DNA of 64,000 bases, taken from assembly GCA_963817955.1 (NCBI GenBank), contig CAWFQK010000002.1, positions 1,024,001-1,088,000 of the forward strand, given 5' to 3'. The notes under the pieces were generated by a model, which saw only the letters and a list, made by a program, of their open reading frames with translations, did no database searches and was not told the DNA's origin. This document shows, one piece after another, positions 9,152-18,156 of this stretch. The position numbers and the translations under genes were made by a program. Position 1 is the stretch's first letter. Each line of letters starts with the position of its first letter. This DNA comes from an uncultured Gemmatimonadaceae bacterium. GTDB lineage: Bacteria > Gemmatimonadota > Gemmatimonadetes > Gemmatimonadales > Gemmatimonadaceae.

Positions 9152-9364
9152 ATGACCCAGCGCATTCGTGTTTTCAGGCACACCGAGATGGCAACGGAGT
9201 GCGAGGTGTGCGGGGTGCGCTTCGATCTCATTGCGGGTGGCGCATGCACGAAATGCCGGCGGGTGCTGTGCGCGCGTCATCTGCACGGCTCGTGGGGGCG
9301 GCGCCTGATGGTGGATTTCGGGGCCGCTCCGCTGTGCACCGAGTGCCGGCGCGACGCGACGTGA
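9152..9364 (+). CDS. Small Cys-rich zinc-finger protein (70 aa)
   Basis: CEVC, CTKC-x4-CARH, CTEC; GTGA overlap with next gene. Confidence 0.7.
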   Translation: MTQRIRVFRHTEMATECEVCGVRFDLIAGGACTKCRRVLCARHLHGSWGRRLMVDFGAAPLCTECRRDAT

Positions 9365-9813
9365 CCACGCACACGCCGAAGGACCCTGCGTTTGCGGCGC
9401 GCGTGCGCTCGAGCTTCGACCGGCAGCGCTTCATGGCGACCATCGGCGCGCGGCTCACGCGCGTAGAGGCCGGTGAATGCGACATCGAACTCGCCGTGCG
9501 CGATGATCTCATGCAGCAGCACGGGTTCCTCCACGCAGGCGTCCTCGCGTCTGCAGCCGACAGCGCGTGCGGCTACGCTGCACTCAGTCTCATGCCGACG
9601 GGCGCGGCGGTGCTGAGCGTGGAGTTCAAGCTCAACCTCTTGGCGCCGGCCGCTGGCGACCGCGTCGTGGCGCGAGGACGCGTCATCCGCGCCGGGCGTA
9701 GCATCACGGTGTGCTGGGGCGACGTGACGGCCTACACGGGCAGCACCGAGCGCCTCGTGGCGACGATGGTCGGCACGATGATGACCGTCACCGATCGCGG
9801 GCTGAGCGACTAG
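9361..9813 (+). CDS. PaaI family thioesterase
   Basis: QQHGFLHAGVLASAADSACG and VEFKLNLLAPA; GTG start. Confidence 0.9.
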   Translation: MTTHTPKDPAFAARVRSSFDRQRFMATIGARLTRVEAGECDIELAVRDDLMQQHGFLHAGVLASAADSACGYAALSLMPTGAAVLSVEFKLNLLAPAAGDRVVARGRVIRAGRSITVCWGDVTAYTGSTERLVATMVGTMMTVTDRGLSD

Positions 9814-10037
9814 GCTCCGTCTTCTTCGTTCGCGCGCCGTTCGCGTGCCTCGATTTCCGCGTCGGTGACATCGCTGTCAGCGATCTCGCCTGCCTCGTCC
9901 GTGTTGTCTCGACCGACCCGCACACGATCGCGTGTCTGCTCGAGCTCGTTCGCGCCATATTCGGCGCCTGCCAGGCTACGGCCGTGCATCACGTCATCGT
10001 TACGGACGGGGGATTTCTTCCTTTTGTCGTTGGGCAT
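9810..10037 (-). CDS. Small acidic hydrophilic protein (75 aa, MPNDKRKK...)
   Basis: AGGAGG RBS before ATG 10037; D/E/R-rich. Confidence 0.65.
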   Translation of the reverse strand: MPNDKRKKSPVRNDDVMHGRSLAGAEYGANELEQTRDRVRVGRDNTDEAGEIADSDVTDAEIEARERRANEEDGA

Positions 10038-10086
10038 CTGTGTCCTCCTGCCGCATTCTGTTGGCAGGCTACGTGCCGGTGACGGC

Positions 10087-10719
10087 ATGGTGTGGAAGAG
10101 ACAGGCGGGCGCAATTCTCTGCGGCTTTGCAGTGGCATTCGCCACCGGCGTGGTCTGCGCTCACGTCGTGACGTCAGCGGGCGATTGGAGCCGCGGACTC
10201 CCGTGGGAGCGCACGTTGATGTACCGGCTGCACACGCCACTACCACGCACGCTCGACGCGCTGATGCTGGTCCTTCCCTGGTTCGGCACCAACGCCGCCC
10301 TCATCCCGCCCATCGCGGCGATCTGCTGGTGGTTGTGGGTACGAGAGCATCGCACCGACGACGCCGTGCGCCTGGCCGTGGTGCAGATCGGAAGCTATCT
10401 GTTGAATCCGTCGCTCAAGGCGATGTTCGGGCGTGCACGCCCCGACATGTTCGCGCGCCGCGGCTGGTACGGGTACAGCTCTTTCCCGAGCGGCCACGCG
10501 ATCGCTAGCATCTCTGTACTGATGACGCTGTGCATCATCTTACATCGAGTAAAGGGATGGTCGTGGCCGTACTACGTATTCATCCCGATCATGCTGGCCA
10601 GTCTCTATTCGCGGCTGTATCTCGCCGTCCATTGGCCAACGGATGTATTGGCTGGCGCCGTGGTCGGAATCGTCTGGCTGGCGGCAACGAGCGTCGCCTT
10701 TCGCCGGCCGGTGGCATGA
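10087..10719 (+). CDS. PAP2 family phosphatase
   Basis: KAMFGRARP, SFPSGH, SRLYLAVHWPTDV; start uncertain. Confidence 0.9.
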   Translation: MVWKRQAGAILCGFAVAFATGVVCAHVVTSAGDWSRGLPWERTLMYRLHTPLPRTLDALMLVLPWFGTNAALIPPIAAICWWLWVREHRTDDAVRLAVVQIGSYLLNPSLKAMFGRARPDMFARRGWYGYSSFPSGHAIASISVLMTLCIILHRVKGWSWPYYVFIPIMLASLYSRLYLAVHWPTDVLAGAVVGIVWLAATSVAFRRPVA

Positions 10720-10741
10720 GACACGAGTCCAATGCGCCGTC

Positions 10742-11695
10742 CTACCCGATGATCGTGCTCAACCGCGAGGCATCGACGTTGCCCCCGCTGACGACGGCGG
10801 CCACGCGCTCGCCAGGCCGCAGCCGGATCGCGCGTGACAACACCGCCGCCGTGGCCGCGGCGCCAGCGGGTTCGGCGAGGAGCTTGGCGCTGAAGAGCAA
10901 CTCGGCGACGGCGGCAGCGATCGTGTCGTCGTCGATGAGCACGACGTCTTCGGCGTATTTGCGGACCAGTTCGAACGCAATATTGCCGGCCATGGGCGCT
11001 GCCAATCCGTCAGCGATGGTCTGCACGGTGTCCAGGGTCACCGCGTGGCCTTCATCCAGACTGCGGTGCATGGCCGGCGCACCGACCGGCTCCACGCCGT
11101 AGACCCGGATTTTGGGGTTGAGCTCCACCACCGCGGCCAGCACGCCGGCAATGAGACCCCCGCCGCCGATGGGGACGACCAGGACGTCGAGGTCGGCGGC
11201 TTGTTCCACTAACTCGAGCGCGACAACACCGGCGCCGGCCGCGACCAGCGGATCGTCGAATGGATGGACGAAGGTGAGTCCGCGTGACTGTTCCAGCTCG
11301 CGCGCCTTCTGGAATGCCTGGATGCTCGATGCGCCGTACAGCACGACTTCCGCGCCGTAGCCCCGGCTGGCGTCGACCTTTGCCGTCGACGCCTTCTCGG
11401 GCATGACGACCGTCGCCTTCACACCAGCATCGCGGGCCGCCCAGGCGAGCGCCTGCGCATGATTGCCTGCCGACACGGTGATGACCCCGCGCCTGCGCGC
11501 CGTCTCGTCGAGAGTCGCAATCTTGTTGAGCGCCCCCCGCGCCTTGAACGAGCCGGTTTTCTGAAGATTCTCGCACTTCAGAAATAGATGTACGCCGACG
11601 CGCTCACCCAGACGCCTGGCGGTGACGGTCGGTGTCAGGTGTACGCGGCCGGCGATTCGTTCACGCGCCGCGCGTACCGTGGAGAGATCGAGCAT
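10742..11695 (-). CDS. Threonine/serine dehydratase (PLP, short form)
   Basis: KCENLQKTGSFKARG, SAGNHAQ, PIGGGGL, VSGGN. Confidence 0.92.
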   Translation of the reverse strand: MLDLSTVRAARERIAGRVHLTPTVTARRLGERVGVHLFLKCENLQKTGSFKARGALNKIATLDETARRRGVITVSAGNHAQALAWAARDAGVKATVVMPEKASTAKVDASRGYGAEVVLYGASSIQAFQKARELEQSRGLTFVHPFDDPLVAAGAGVVALELVEQAADLDVLVVPIGGGGLIAGVLAAVVELNPKIRVYGVEPVGAPAMHRSLDEGHAVTLDTVQTIADGLAAPMAGNIAFELVRKYAEDVVLIDDDTIAAAVAELLFSAKLLAEPAGAAATAAVLSRAIRLRPGERVAAVVSGGNVDASRLSTIIG

Positions 11696-11753
11696 GGGAG
11701 CCGAGGTCAAAATGGTGCCAGGGAGGAAGGGGCGAACATCCTGACAGTCTACC

Positions 11754-11891
11754 ATGTGGGACAATGGCGGTGGAGGTCAAACCACCCTCACGACCGCGAT
11801 CATCGTGAACGACGGCGAAACCATCTGGTTCGAGGGCGTGGCGCTCATCGGATTGTACTGCATCATCGCCGCGGCCTTCTGGTGGGGCTGA
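11754..11891 (+). pseudogene. Remnant resembling the C-terminus of a Ca2+/H+ antiporter (CAX/ChaA type)
   Basis: Manual translation ...TTLTTAIIVNDGETIWFEGVALIGLYCIIAAAFWWG* resembles the terminal DGESNWLEG..L..Y motif; only 45 codons. Confidence 0.65.
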
Positions 11892-12058
11892 CATGTCGAA
11901 TCTTTCCCGCCGGGCTGCGTGCTGGGCGACGGCTCGGACCGTCACTGAGGATTGACGTCCCGAACGGCATCGCACATCGTGGGAGCATGCTATCCGTGCA
12001 CGGCCGGCCAGCCGCCGGTGGACCTCGGCTCATATCAGGTCAGCGATCTCGCGATATA

Positions 12059-13114
12059 ATGATCAAACTTAAAACAGCCATCGCCCTGTTGGTCGCGATC
12101 TCGCCCGCGCGTGCCCAGTGGGCGCCGCAGCAGAGCGGCACGACCGCCGAATTCCGTGGTCTCGTCGCGCTCAGCCCGAACCTCGTCTGGGCGAGCGGCA
12201 CTCGAGGTCGAGTGGCCCGTACGACGGACGGCGGCCGGACGTGGGCCGTCCAAACCGTTCCGACGGCGGATTCGCTGGACTTTCGCGACATTGACGCGGC
12301 CTCGGACACGCGCGCCTGGGCGATGAGCGCCGGTCCCGCCGAGCGGCATCAGGCGCAGATCTTCCGCACCGATGACGGCGCGACGTGGACCCGTCAATTC
12401 ACGACGAGCGACTCAGGCGTGTTCTTCGACGCGATCTCCTTCTGGGACGACCTACACGGCATTGTGCTGAGCGACCCTGTGGGCGGCCGGCTCCTATTGC
12501 TCGCAACGAATGATGGGGGCTCGTCATGGACGCGCATCCCGACGGATCGTGCACCCGCCATGCTACCGGGCGAAGCAGCGTTCGCGGCGAGTGGCACCTG
12601 CCTCGCCGTGCAGGGAACGTCCAACGTCTGGATCGCTACCGGCGGTGGTCCGCGCGCCCGCGTCTTCCGGTCTACCGACCGAGGTCGTACCTGGCAGGTG
12701 TCCGACACTCCCGTGCATGCTGGCGGCAATGCGGCCGGCATCTTCTCGATCGCGTTCAGCGATGCGCAACATGGCGTGGTGGTCGGGGGCGACTACACGA
12801 AGCCGAAACAGCCGTCCGACAACGTGGCGGTGACGAGCGACGGTGGTGTCACGTGGACGCTCGCCAGGGGACCTCTGCCGCAAGGGTACATGTCGGGTGT
12901 GGCCTACGTTCCAGGCACCGACGGACGGATGCTCGTGGCGGTGGGACTCGGCGGCACCGCGCGCTCCAACGATGCTGGGCAAAGCTGGACTATGGTCGAC
13001 ACCGTCGCGTATAATAGCGTGGCGTTCGCGTCGCGCGACGACGGATGGGCGGCCGGCCCTCGCGGTCGTATCGCGAAATGGTCTCCGGCAACGCCGCGTA
13101 TCTCCAAACCGTAA
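12059..13114 (+). CDS. Secreted BNR/Asp-box beta-propeller protein (Ycf48-like)
   Basis: Signal peptide; repeated RTTDGGRTW, TNDGGSSW, STDRGRTW, TSDGGVTW. Confidence 0.85.
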   Translation: MIKLKTAIALLVAISPARAQWAPQQSGTTAEFRGLVALSPNLVWASGTRGRVARTTDGGRTWAVQTVPTADSLDFRDIDAASDTRAWAMSAGPAERHQAQIFRTDDGATWTRQFTTSDSGVFFDAISFWDDLHGIVLSDPVGGRLLLLATNDGGSSWTRIPTDRAPAMLPGEAAFAASGTCLAVQGTSNVWIATGGGPRARVFRSTDRGRTWQVSDTPVHAGGNAAGIFSIAFSDAQHGVVVGGDYTKPKQPSDNVAVTSDGGVTWTLARGPLPQGYMSGVAYVPGTDGRMLVAVGLGGTARSNDAGQSWTMVDTVAYNSVAFASRDDGWAAGPRGRIAKWSPATPRISKP

Positions 13115-13201
13115 TTCCTATGGCCGGACGTCACACGTGGCGTTCCTGAAGCACCGACCTCCCACCGTTCCACCCCCCGTTCCAATCCCTTGAGGTAAAT
13201 C

Positions 13202-13861
13202 ATGGCTGTTCGCCGTGAAGTCGCTGTCCTTTGCAGCATGCTGGCCCTGCTCTCCTGCACACATCCGGTAGCTACCCCCTCGCCAGCTCCAGGAGCGGGA
13301 CGAGCAGCGAGTGCTACGCCGGGTACCAGCGTACAAGCCGGCCAGCCGGCCGGCGCCCCAGTACGCCGGATCCCCCCGTCGCGCGACAGTCTCGCCAAAC
13401 TCCGCGCGGACTACGTCGCGCAGATCACCCAGCAGATCGCCGGCCGCGAGACGCAACCCGCCGAGCAAGTATTCAAGAACGTGCAGGTGCTCAAGGGAGT
13501 GACGGCAACGGAGCTCGTCCGCATGATGGACAAGGAGTACGCGCAGTCGATGGGTTGGAATTGCACCAATTGCCACCGGCTCGCCCCCCAGGGCAACTGG
13601 GCAAGTGACACGTCCGAGAACAAGAAGCGCGCGCGCTTCATGCAGCAGATGACCAACGATCTGAATGGCGTGCAGCTCCCCAAGTTGTATCCGCGCGATA
13701 CCCCCAAAGTGACCTGCATTACCTGCCATCGAGGCTATAACGAGCCGCCGTCGGACGAGTATCTCGTTCCGGAACGTGGCAAGCCGGGTGGCGTGCCCTT
13801 TCCCCCGCCGCGCGTTGCCCCGCCGGCCGGACAGCGGCCGGTTGCACGACCGCCGCTCTAG
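13202..13861 (+). CDS. Diheme c-type cytochrome lipoprotein, PufC-like family
   Basis: LLSC lipobox-like; AEQVFKNVQVL; CTNCH and CITCH; KKRARFMQQMTNDLN; GAGG RBS. Confidence 0.8.
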   Translation: MAVRREVAVLCSMLALLSCTHPVATPSPAPGAGRAASATPGTSVQAGQPAGAPVRRIPPSRDSLAKLRADYVAQITQQIAGRETQPAEQVFKNVQVLKGVTATELVRMMDKEYAQSMGWNCTNCHRLAPQGNWASDTSENKKRARFMQQMTNDLNGVQLPKLYPRDTPKVTCITCHRGYNEPPSDEYLVPERGKPGGVPFPPPRVAPPAGQRPVARPPL

Positions 13862-13874
13862 GGACACGGGACAA
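13861..13874 (+). repeat. Two-unit heptamer GGGACAC GGGACAA
   Basis: Begins in the TAG stop of the cytochrome gene. Confidence 0.6.
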
Positions 13875-13899
13875 CGGCGGCGGGCTGTGGAGCCTGAAT

Positions 13900-15504
13900 T
13901 CAGCGCCCGCCGCAGGCCGCGATTTCGCGACGGGGCTCCGCAGCGTGAGGAAAGAGATCGCGCGCGGCGCGCGCTTGGGGCCGCGCGCGCGTGCAGTCGC
14001 CGCGGCTGAGGTACGCTTGGGCAAGCCGCGTGTGAATGCGATAGCTGCCTGGGTCGAACACCGCCGCACGCGCCATGGCGCTCGTGCGCGAGCCGGTGCT
14101 GTAAATAGCGATTGCCGCGAATTGCCCGGCGCTGCGGCCCACAGTAATGACGGCAAGGCCAAAGACGATCAGGGACCCGAGCTGGCGCACGCCCGTCTTG
14201 ATCGTCACCCCGCCCGCGCCTGGGGGCGCGAGTGCCCCGGCCAGCGTCCACACGAAATAGGTCGGCACAGCCACGAGTAGCACGGCGTCGAACGCGCCAA
14301 CTACCGCTGCGGCAACGAGCGTGCCGACGAGCGTGATCGCCGTGAGCACGCGCTCTGGATCTCGTCCCTTGCCTGAGCGCAGCTCGCGCACGGCTCTACC
14401 GAGCAGTCCGATCATGGTGAGCAACAAGAGGCCGAACGCGATTCCCCCGCGTTCCGACAGGTAGGCCACCCAATCGCTGCTCGGCCAGGGATTCGACGTC
14501 AGGCCGTCGTCCTGGGACATCGACGGGTCGTTGTGCGTCGCGTACTTGGGGTACGCCACCGGCCAGTTCCCCGGGCCGACGCCGACAAGGGGATGCGCCA
14601 GCGTCATGTGCAACGAATTCGTGTACTGTACGAGCCGGCCGCGTCCGCTGCCTTCTTTATAGTTCACCAAACCGGTGGCGGAGTCGAGGTACGGCGAATC
14701 GCTCTTCCATTCGAGCCGGTTCGGCAACAGAATGGCAGCGGTCGCACCGGCGACCGCCGCGGCGCCGAGCACGAACAGCCGGCGCAATGTCCGCGCTTCA
14801 CACCAGCGACTCCACGTCATCAGCGCCAACGCGCCGACTGGAACGGCCAGCACGATGACCGCGAGCCACGCGGCACGGCTGCGCGACAGCACGAGCGCTG
14901 CCGTCACGATCGCCATCGAGATCCCGCCAAAGATGCTTCCCAAGCCACGGCGCGCCGTGAGTGCCACCAGTACCACGACCGGCGTGCCGATCGCCGCCAT
15001 GTGCGCAATGAAGTTCCGGTTGCCGAACGTGCCACCCGGCGCGCGATTCAAACTGAAGTACTCCGTCTCCAGACCGTACGCCTGGGCGAGCGACGTCGCA
15101 GCGGCCAGCACGACGCCGGCCGCGAGCGCAACGACGAGTGGCCGCACGAGGCCAGCGCGGCGCAGTGCGCCGGCCACCCAGAACAGCAAGGCGCCCGAAA
15201 GCGAGATCGCCATTGCGCGCTCAGCCGCCCAGACGTTCGTCGCGAAAACGGTGGACACCACACTCACCGCGAGAAAGCCGGCGAGCAGCCAATCGACCAC
15301 TGTCACGGTGATGCGCTTGGAGTGGCTGATACAGAGCAACGCGGCGACACCCGCGCACACGTGCAGCACGAGCTCTTTCGGCACAAAGTACCGGTCGAGA
15401 TCGAACGCCTTGTACGGAAGCGCGGCAAGAATGATCGCGACGGCGCCGAACTGCAGGAGGAACAGGGCAAGCCGGTCGCGCGTGGCAGGGGACGCTGCAG
15501 CCAT
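13900..15504 (-). CDS. O-antigen ligase (Wzy_C) family membrane protein
   Basis: Many TM helices; GTFGNRN, LSRSRAAW, HPLVGVGPGNW; TPR-like C-terminus. Confidence 0.8.
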   Translation of the reverse strand: MAAASPATRDRLALFLLQFGAVAIILAALPYKAFDLDRYFVPKELVLHVCAGVAALLCISHSKRITVTVVDWLLAGFLAVSVVSTVFATNVWAAERAMAISLSGALLFWVAGALRRAGLVRPLVVALAAGVVLAAATSLAQAYGLETEYFSLNRAPGGTFGNRNFIAHMAAIGTPVVVLVALTARRGLGSIFGGISMAIVTAALVLSRSRAAWLAVIVLAVPVGALALMTWSRWCEARTLRRLFVLGAAAVAGATAAILLPNRLEWKSDSPYLDSATGLVNYKEGSGRGRLVQYTNSLHMTLAHPLVGVGPGNWPVAYPKYATHNDPSMSQDDGLTSNPWPSSDWVAYLSERGGIAFGLLLLTMIGLLGRAVRELRSGKGRDPERVLTAITLVGTLVAAAVVGAFDAVLLVAVPTYFVWTLAGALAPPGAGGVTIKTGVRQLGSLIVFGLAVITVGRSAGQFAAIAIYSTGSRTSAMARAAVFDPGSYRIHTRLAQAYLSRGDCTRARPQARAARDLFPHAAEPRREIAACGGR

Positions 15505-15633
15505 GATGCAGAGGAATCAACCGGTGCGACCAGTTATTCGCTAGACGGCTTCAACAGCGCGTCCGAGCGGAGCGGCCAGACGCACACCCATAACCCAAGC
15601 GCTGATCCGTGCGACTCCCTTACAACCTCAGGT

Positions 15634-15649
15634 GGGCGCCGTTCTTGCT
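15634..15649 (+). promoter_or_regulatory. Possible sigma54 -24/-12 promoter
   Basis: GGGCGC-CGTTC-TTGCT (GG-N10-GC) about 70 nt upstream of the M1 peptidase. Confidence 0.3.
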
Positions 15650-15720
15650 CGCATGACCGAGGTTGCTTGATTACAGCATGGCAACCTCGGCTGTGCCTAT
15701 TTCTCTAGCCCGCCCGCACC

Positions 15721-17691
15721 ATGCTTACTTCACGACTCACCGCGACGGCTCTCCTTGCCGCCGCTCTCGCGTCGCCTCTCACCGCGCAGGCGCCCGGCGC
15801 CCAGCGTCCGCAGCGAACTCCGCCACCAGTGGACATTACTGGCGTTGGGGATACATCTATCTTCGCGCCACTCAACCTGCCAACGGGAAACGTCTACCGT
15901 AGCGGTTCAGGCATGGCGGGACCGCGCTATTTCGAGCAGCGCGCCGACTACGACTTGCGCGGAACGCTCGACACGGCCGCCAAGACCCTGCACGGCGAGA
16001 TGACACTGCGCTATACCAACAACTCGCCGGACACTTTGCGGTTCGTCTGGTTCCAGCTGGAGCAGAACGCGTTCAAGAGCGGCTCGCTCAACTCGTACGT
16101 CTTTGCCGCAAACTCGCGCTTCGGCGCCCGGAACTTCGAGGGCGGAGACGTCATCGACCGCTTCAATCAGGTGGCCGGCACGCGCCGCACGCCGCTCAAG
16201 ATGCGCGTCGAAGGCACGGTCATGAAGGTAGACCTCGTGTCACCCCTCGCCCCGGGCCAGACGGCGATGTTCGACGCGGCATGGCACTTCAACATTCCCG
16301 AACACGGCGCCGACCGCATGGGCCGTGAGGGCTCTCTGTTCGAGCTTGCCCAGTGGTATCCGCGCGTCTGCGTGTATGACGATCTCCGCGGCTGGAACAC
16401 GGAGCCCTATCTGGGACAAGGCGAATTCTATCTCGAGTACGGTAACTACAACGTGTCGATCACCGTGCCCGCCGGCTACATCGTCGCCTCGACCGGACTG
16501 TTACAGAATGCCCGCGAAGTGCTGACGCCAACGGAGATCTCGCGTCTCGCACAGGCCGCCAGATCGGAGATCCCGGTCCACATCGTCACGCAGGCCGAGC
16601 TGGAGAACGGCAGCGCCCGCCCACGGAAGACGGGGACGATGACGTGGCGCTTCGCCGCGCAGAATGTGCGCGACGCCGTCTGGGCGGCGGCCCCCGATTA
16701 CATGTGGGATGCATCGGGGTGGCAGGGCAAGCTGTCCAACGCGTACTACCGGCCGAGTGCCATCGAGACGTGGAAGGACGCGGCGGACATGGGCCGCATG
16801 TCGATCATGGAATACTCGGAGCGTTGGTTCCAGTATCCGTATCCTCAGATCAGCGTCGTCGAAGGCCCGATCAGCGGCATGGAATACCCCATGCTCGCCA
16901 TGGAGAACAAGAGCGCCGACAAGTACGATCTGTACAACGTGATCACCCACGAGATCGGGCACATGTGGTACCCGATGATCGTCGGATCGAACGAGCGAGT
17001 TCACTTCTGGCAGGACGAAGGATTCAACACCTTCATCAACTACTTCTCTGAGGCACGGCGGTATCCCGAGAAAGGATCATACGAACAGCGCGTGGCGCAT
17101 GACCGGGGGGTGGTCGAGCAGTTCATGCAACTCGGCTACGATCAGCCCATCGAGATCCCGGCGGACCGCATCAACCCGCAACTCCTCGGCGAAAACGCGT
17201 ACGTGAAGACCGCGGTCGGGTTGGCGCAGCTCCGCGACGAGATCCTCGGACCACAGGCGTTCGACGAGGCCTTCCGGGAGTACACGCGCCGCTGGGCGTT
17301 CAAGCATCCGAGTCCGTCTGACTTCTTCCACACCATGGAAGACGTGAGCGGCAAGCGCCTCGATTGGTTCTTTCGCGAGTGGTTCCTGGAAAACGTACAC
17401 TTCGACGCCGGCATCGACACGGTGGCGGAGCATCAGGTGGGCAATACCGACTCTGTCGTCGTGCGGTTCCGCAACTACGCGCGCGGCGTGCTCCCCATTC
17501 GCGTGCGCTTCACGTTCAGCGACAAGACGACACAGGATTTCGACTACCCGGCTGAAGTGTGGAGCACCAACACCAGCTTCTACGATCGCGTCTATGGGTT
17601 CACAGGCAAGACGGTGACGAAGATAGAGCTCGACCCCGATCACCGGATCGTAGATATGAGGCGCTCGAACAACGTCTGGCCACGGCCGTAG
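15721..17691 (+). CDS. Secreted M1 family zinc aminopeptidase
   Basis: Signal peptide; AQWYPR, GEFYLEYG, GMEYP, HEIGH...WQDEG. Confidence 0.92.
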   Translation: MLTSRLTATALLAAALASPLTAQAPGAQRPQRTPPPVDITGVGDTSIFAPLNLPTGNVYRSGSGMAGPRYFEQRADYDLRGTLDTAAKTLHGEMTLRYTNNSPDTLRFVWFQLEQNAFKSGSLNSYVFAANSRFGARNFEGGDVIDRFNQVAGTRRTPLKMRVEGTVMKVDLVSPLAPGQTAMFDAAWHFNIPEHGADRMGREGSLFELAQWYPRVCVYDDLRGWNTEPYLGQGEFYLEYGNYNVSITVPAGYIVASTGLLQNAREVLTPTEISRLAQAARSEIPVHIVTQAELENGSARPRKTGTMTWRFAAQNVRDAVWAAAPDYMWDASGWQGKLSNAYYRPSAIETWKDAADMGRMSIMEYSERWFQYPYPQISVVEGPISGMEYPMLAMENKSADKYDLYNVITHEIGHMWYPMIVGSNERVHFWQDEGFNTFINYFSEARRYPEKGSYEQRVAHDRGVVEQFMQLGYDQPIEIPADRINPQLLGENAYVKTAVGLAQLRDEILGPQAFDEAFREYTRRWAFKHPSPSDFFHTMEDVSGKRLDWFFREWFLENVHFDAGIDTVAEHQVGNTDSVVVRFRNYARGVLPIRVRFTFSDKTTQDFDYPAEVWSTNTSFYDRVYGFTGKTVTKIELDPDHRIVDMRRSNNVWPRP

Positions 17692-17703
17692 CGCTCGACC
17701 GCT

Positions 17704-18156
17704 CTACCGCTTCTTCGCCAGTATCGTTCCCCGACAGCCCGCAGCCCCGCAGTGACACGGGAATCTCCGTTTCGCCGCGGGGCTGTGTCGTTCCTCCAGG
17801 ACATACGCGTAGTCGTAGGCCAGCTCATCGCCCGGCTCGACGTCTCGAATCGTATCGATCCAGATGCGTCCGTCTTCGACGATGGCATCGCAGTTGGGGT
17901 CGCACGAATGGTTGATGAACCGCGCGTCGTTCCCGTCCACCGCCGCGTCGATGACGATGTCGTCGTCGATCGCGAACAGAAAGGTATGATGCCGCTCGCC
18001 ATCTATGTCGGGGTATCGCGCGTCGGCCTGCTGCGGAGTGAACCGCTCGCCGGCGTACTCGATCAGGCGCGTACCGGCGGCAATGCGCCGCGTCGCGAAC
18101 GCGCCCAGGCCTTGAATTGGCGAATGGCGAATCTCGAACAGCGGATCGCCGGTCAT
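17704..18156 (-). CDS. SET domain protein-lysine methyltransferase with post-SET
   Basis: GLGAFA, RFINHSCDPNC, ELAYDY, CHCGAAGCRG. Confidence 0.92.
   Translation of the reverse strand: MTGDPLFEIRHSPIQGLGAFATRRIAAGTRLIEYAGERFTPQQADARYPDIDGERHHTFLFAIDDDIVIDAAVDGNDARFINHSCDPNCDAIVEDGRIWIDTIRDVEPGDELAYDYAYVLEERHSPAAKRRFPCHCGAAGCRGTILAKKR

Noticed and set aside
11588..12058. N-terminal 157 aa of the 508-aa ORF
   Set aside because: Overlaps the dehydratase and the antiporter remnant; the signal peptide begins at ATG 12059
12059..13861. Photosynthesis gene cluster
   Set aside because: No pufLM, bch, crt or puh genes; BNR propellers are generic
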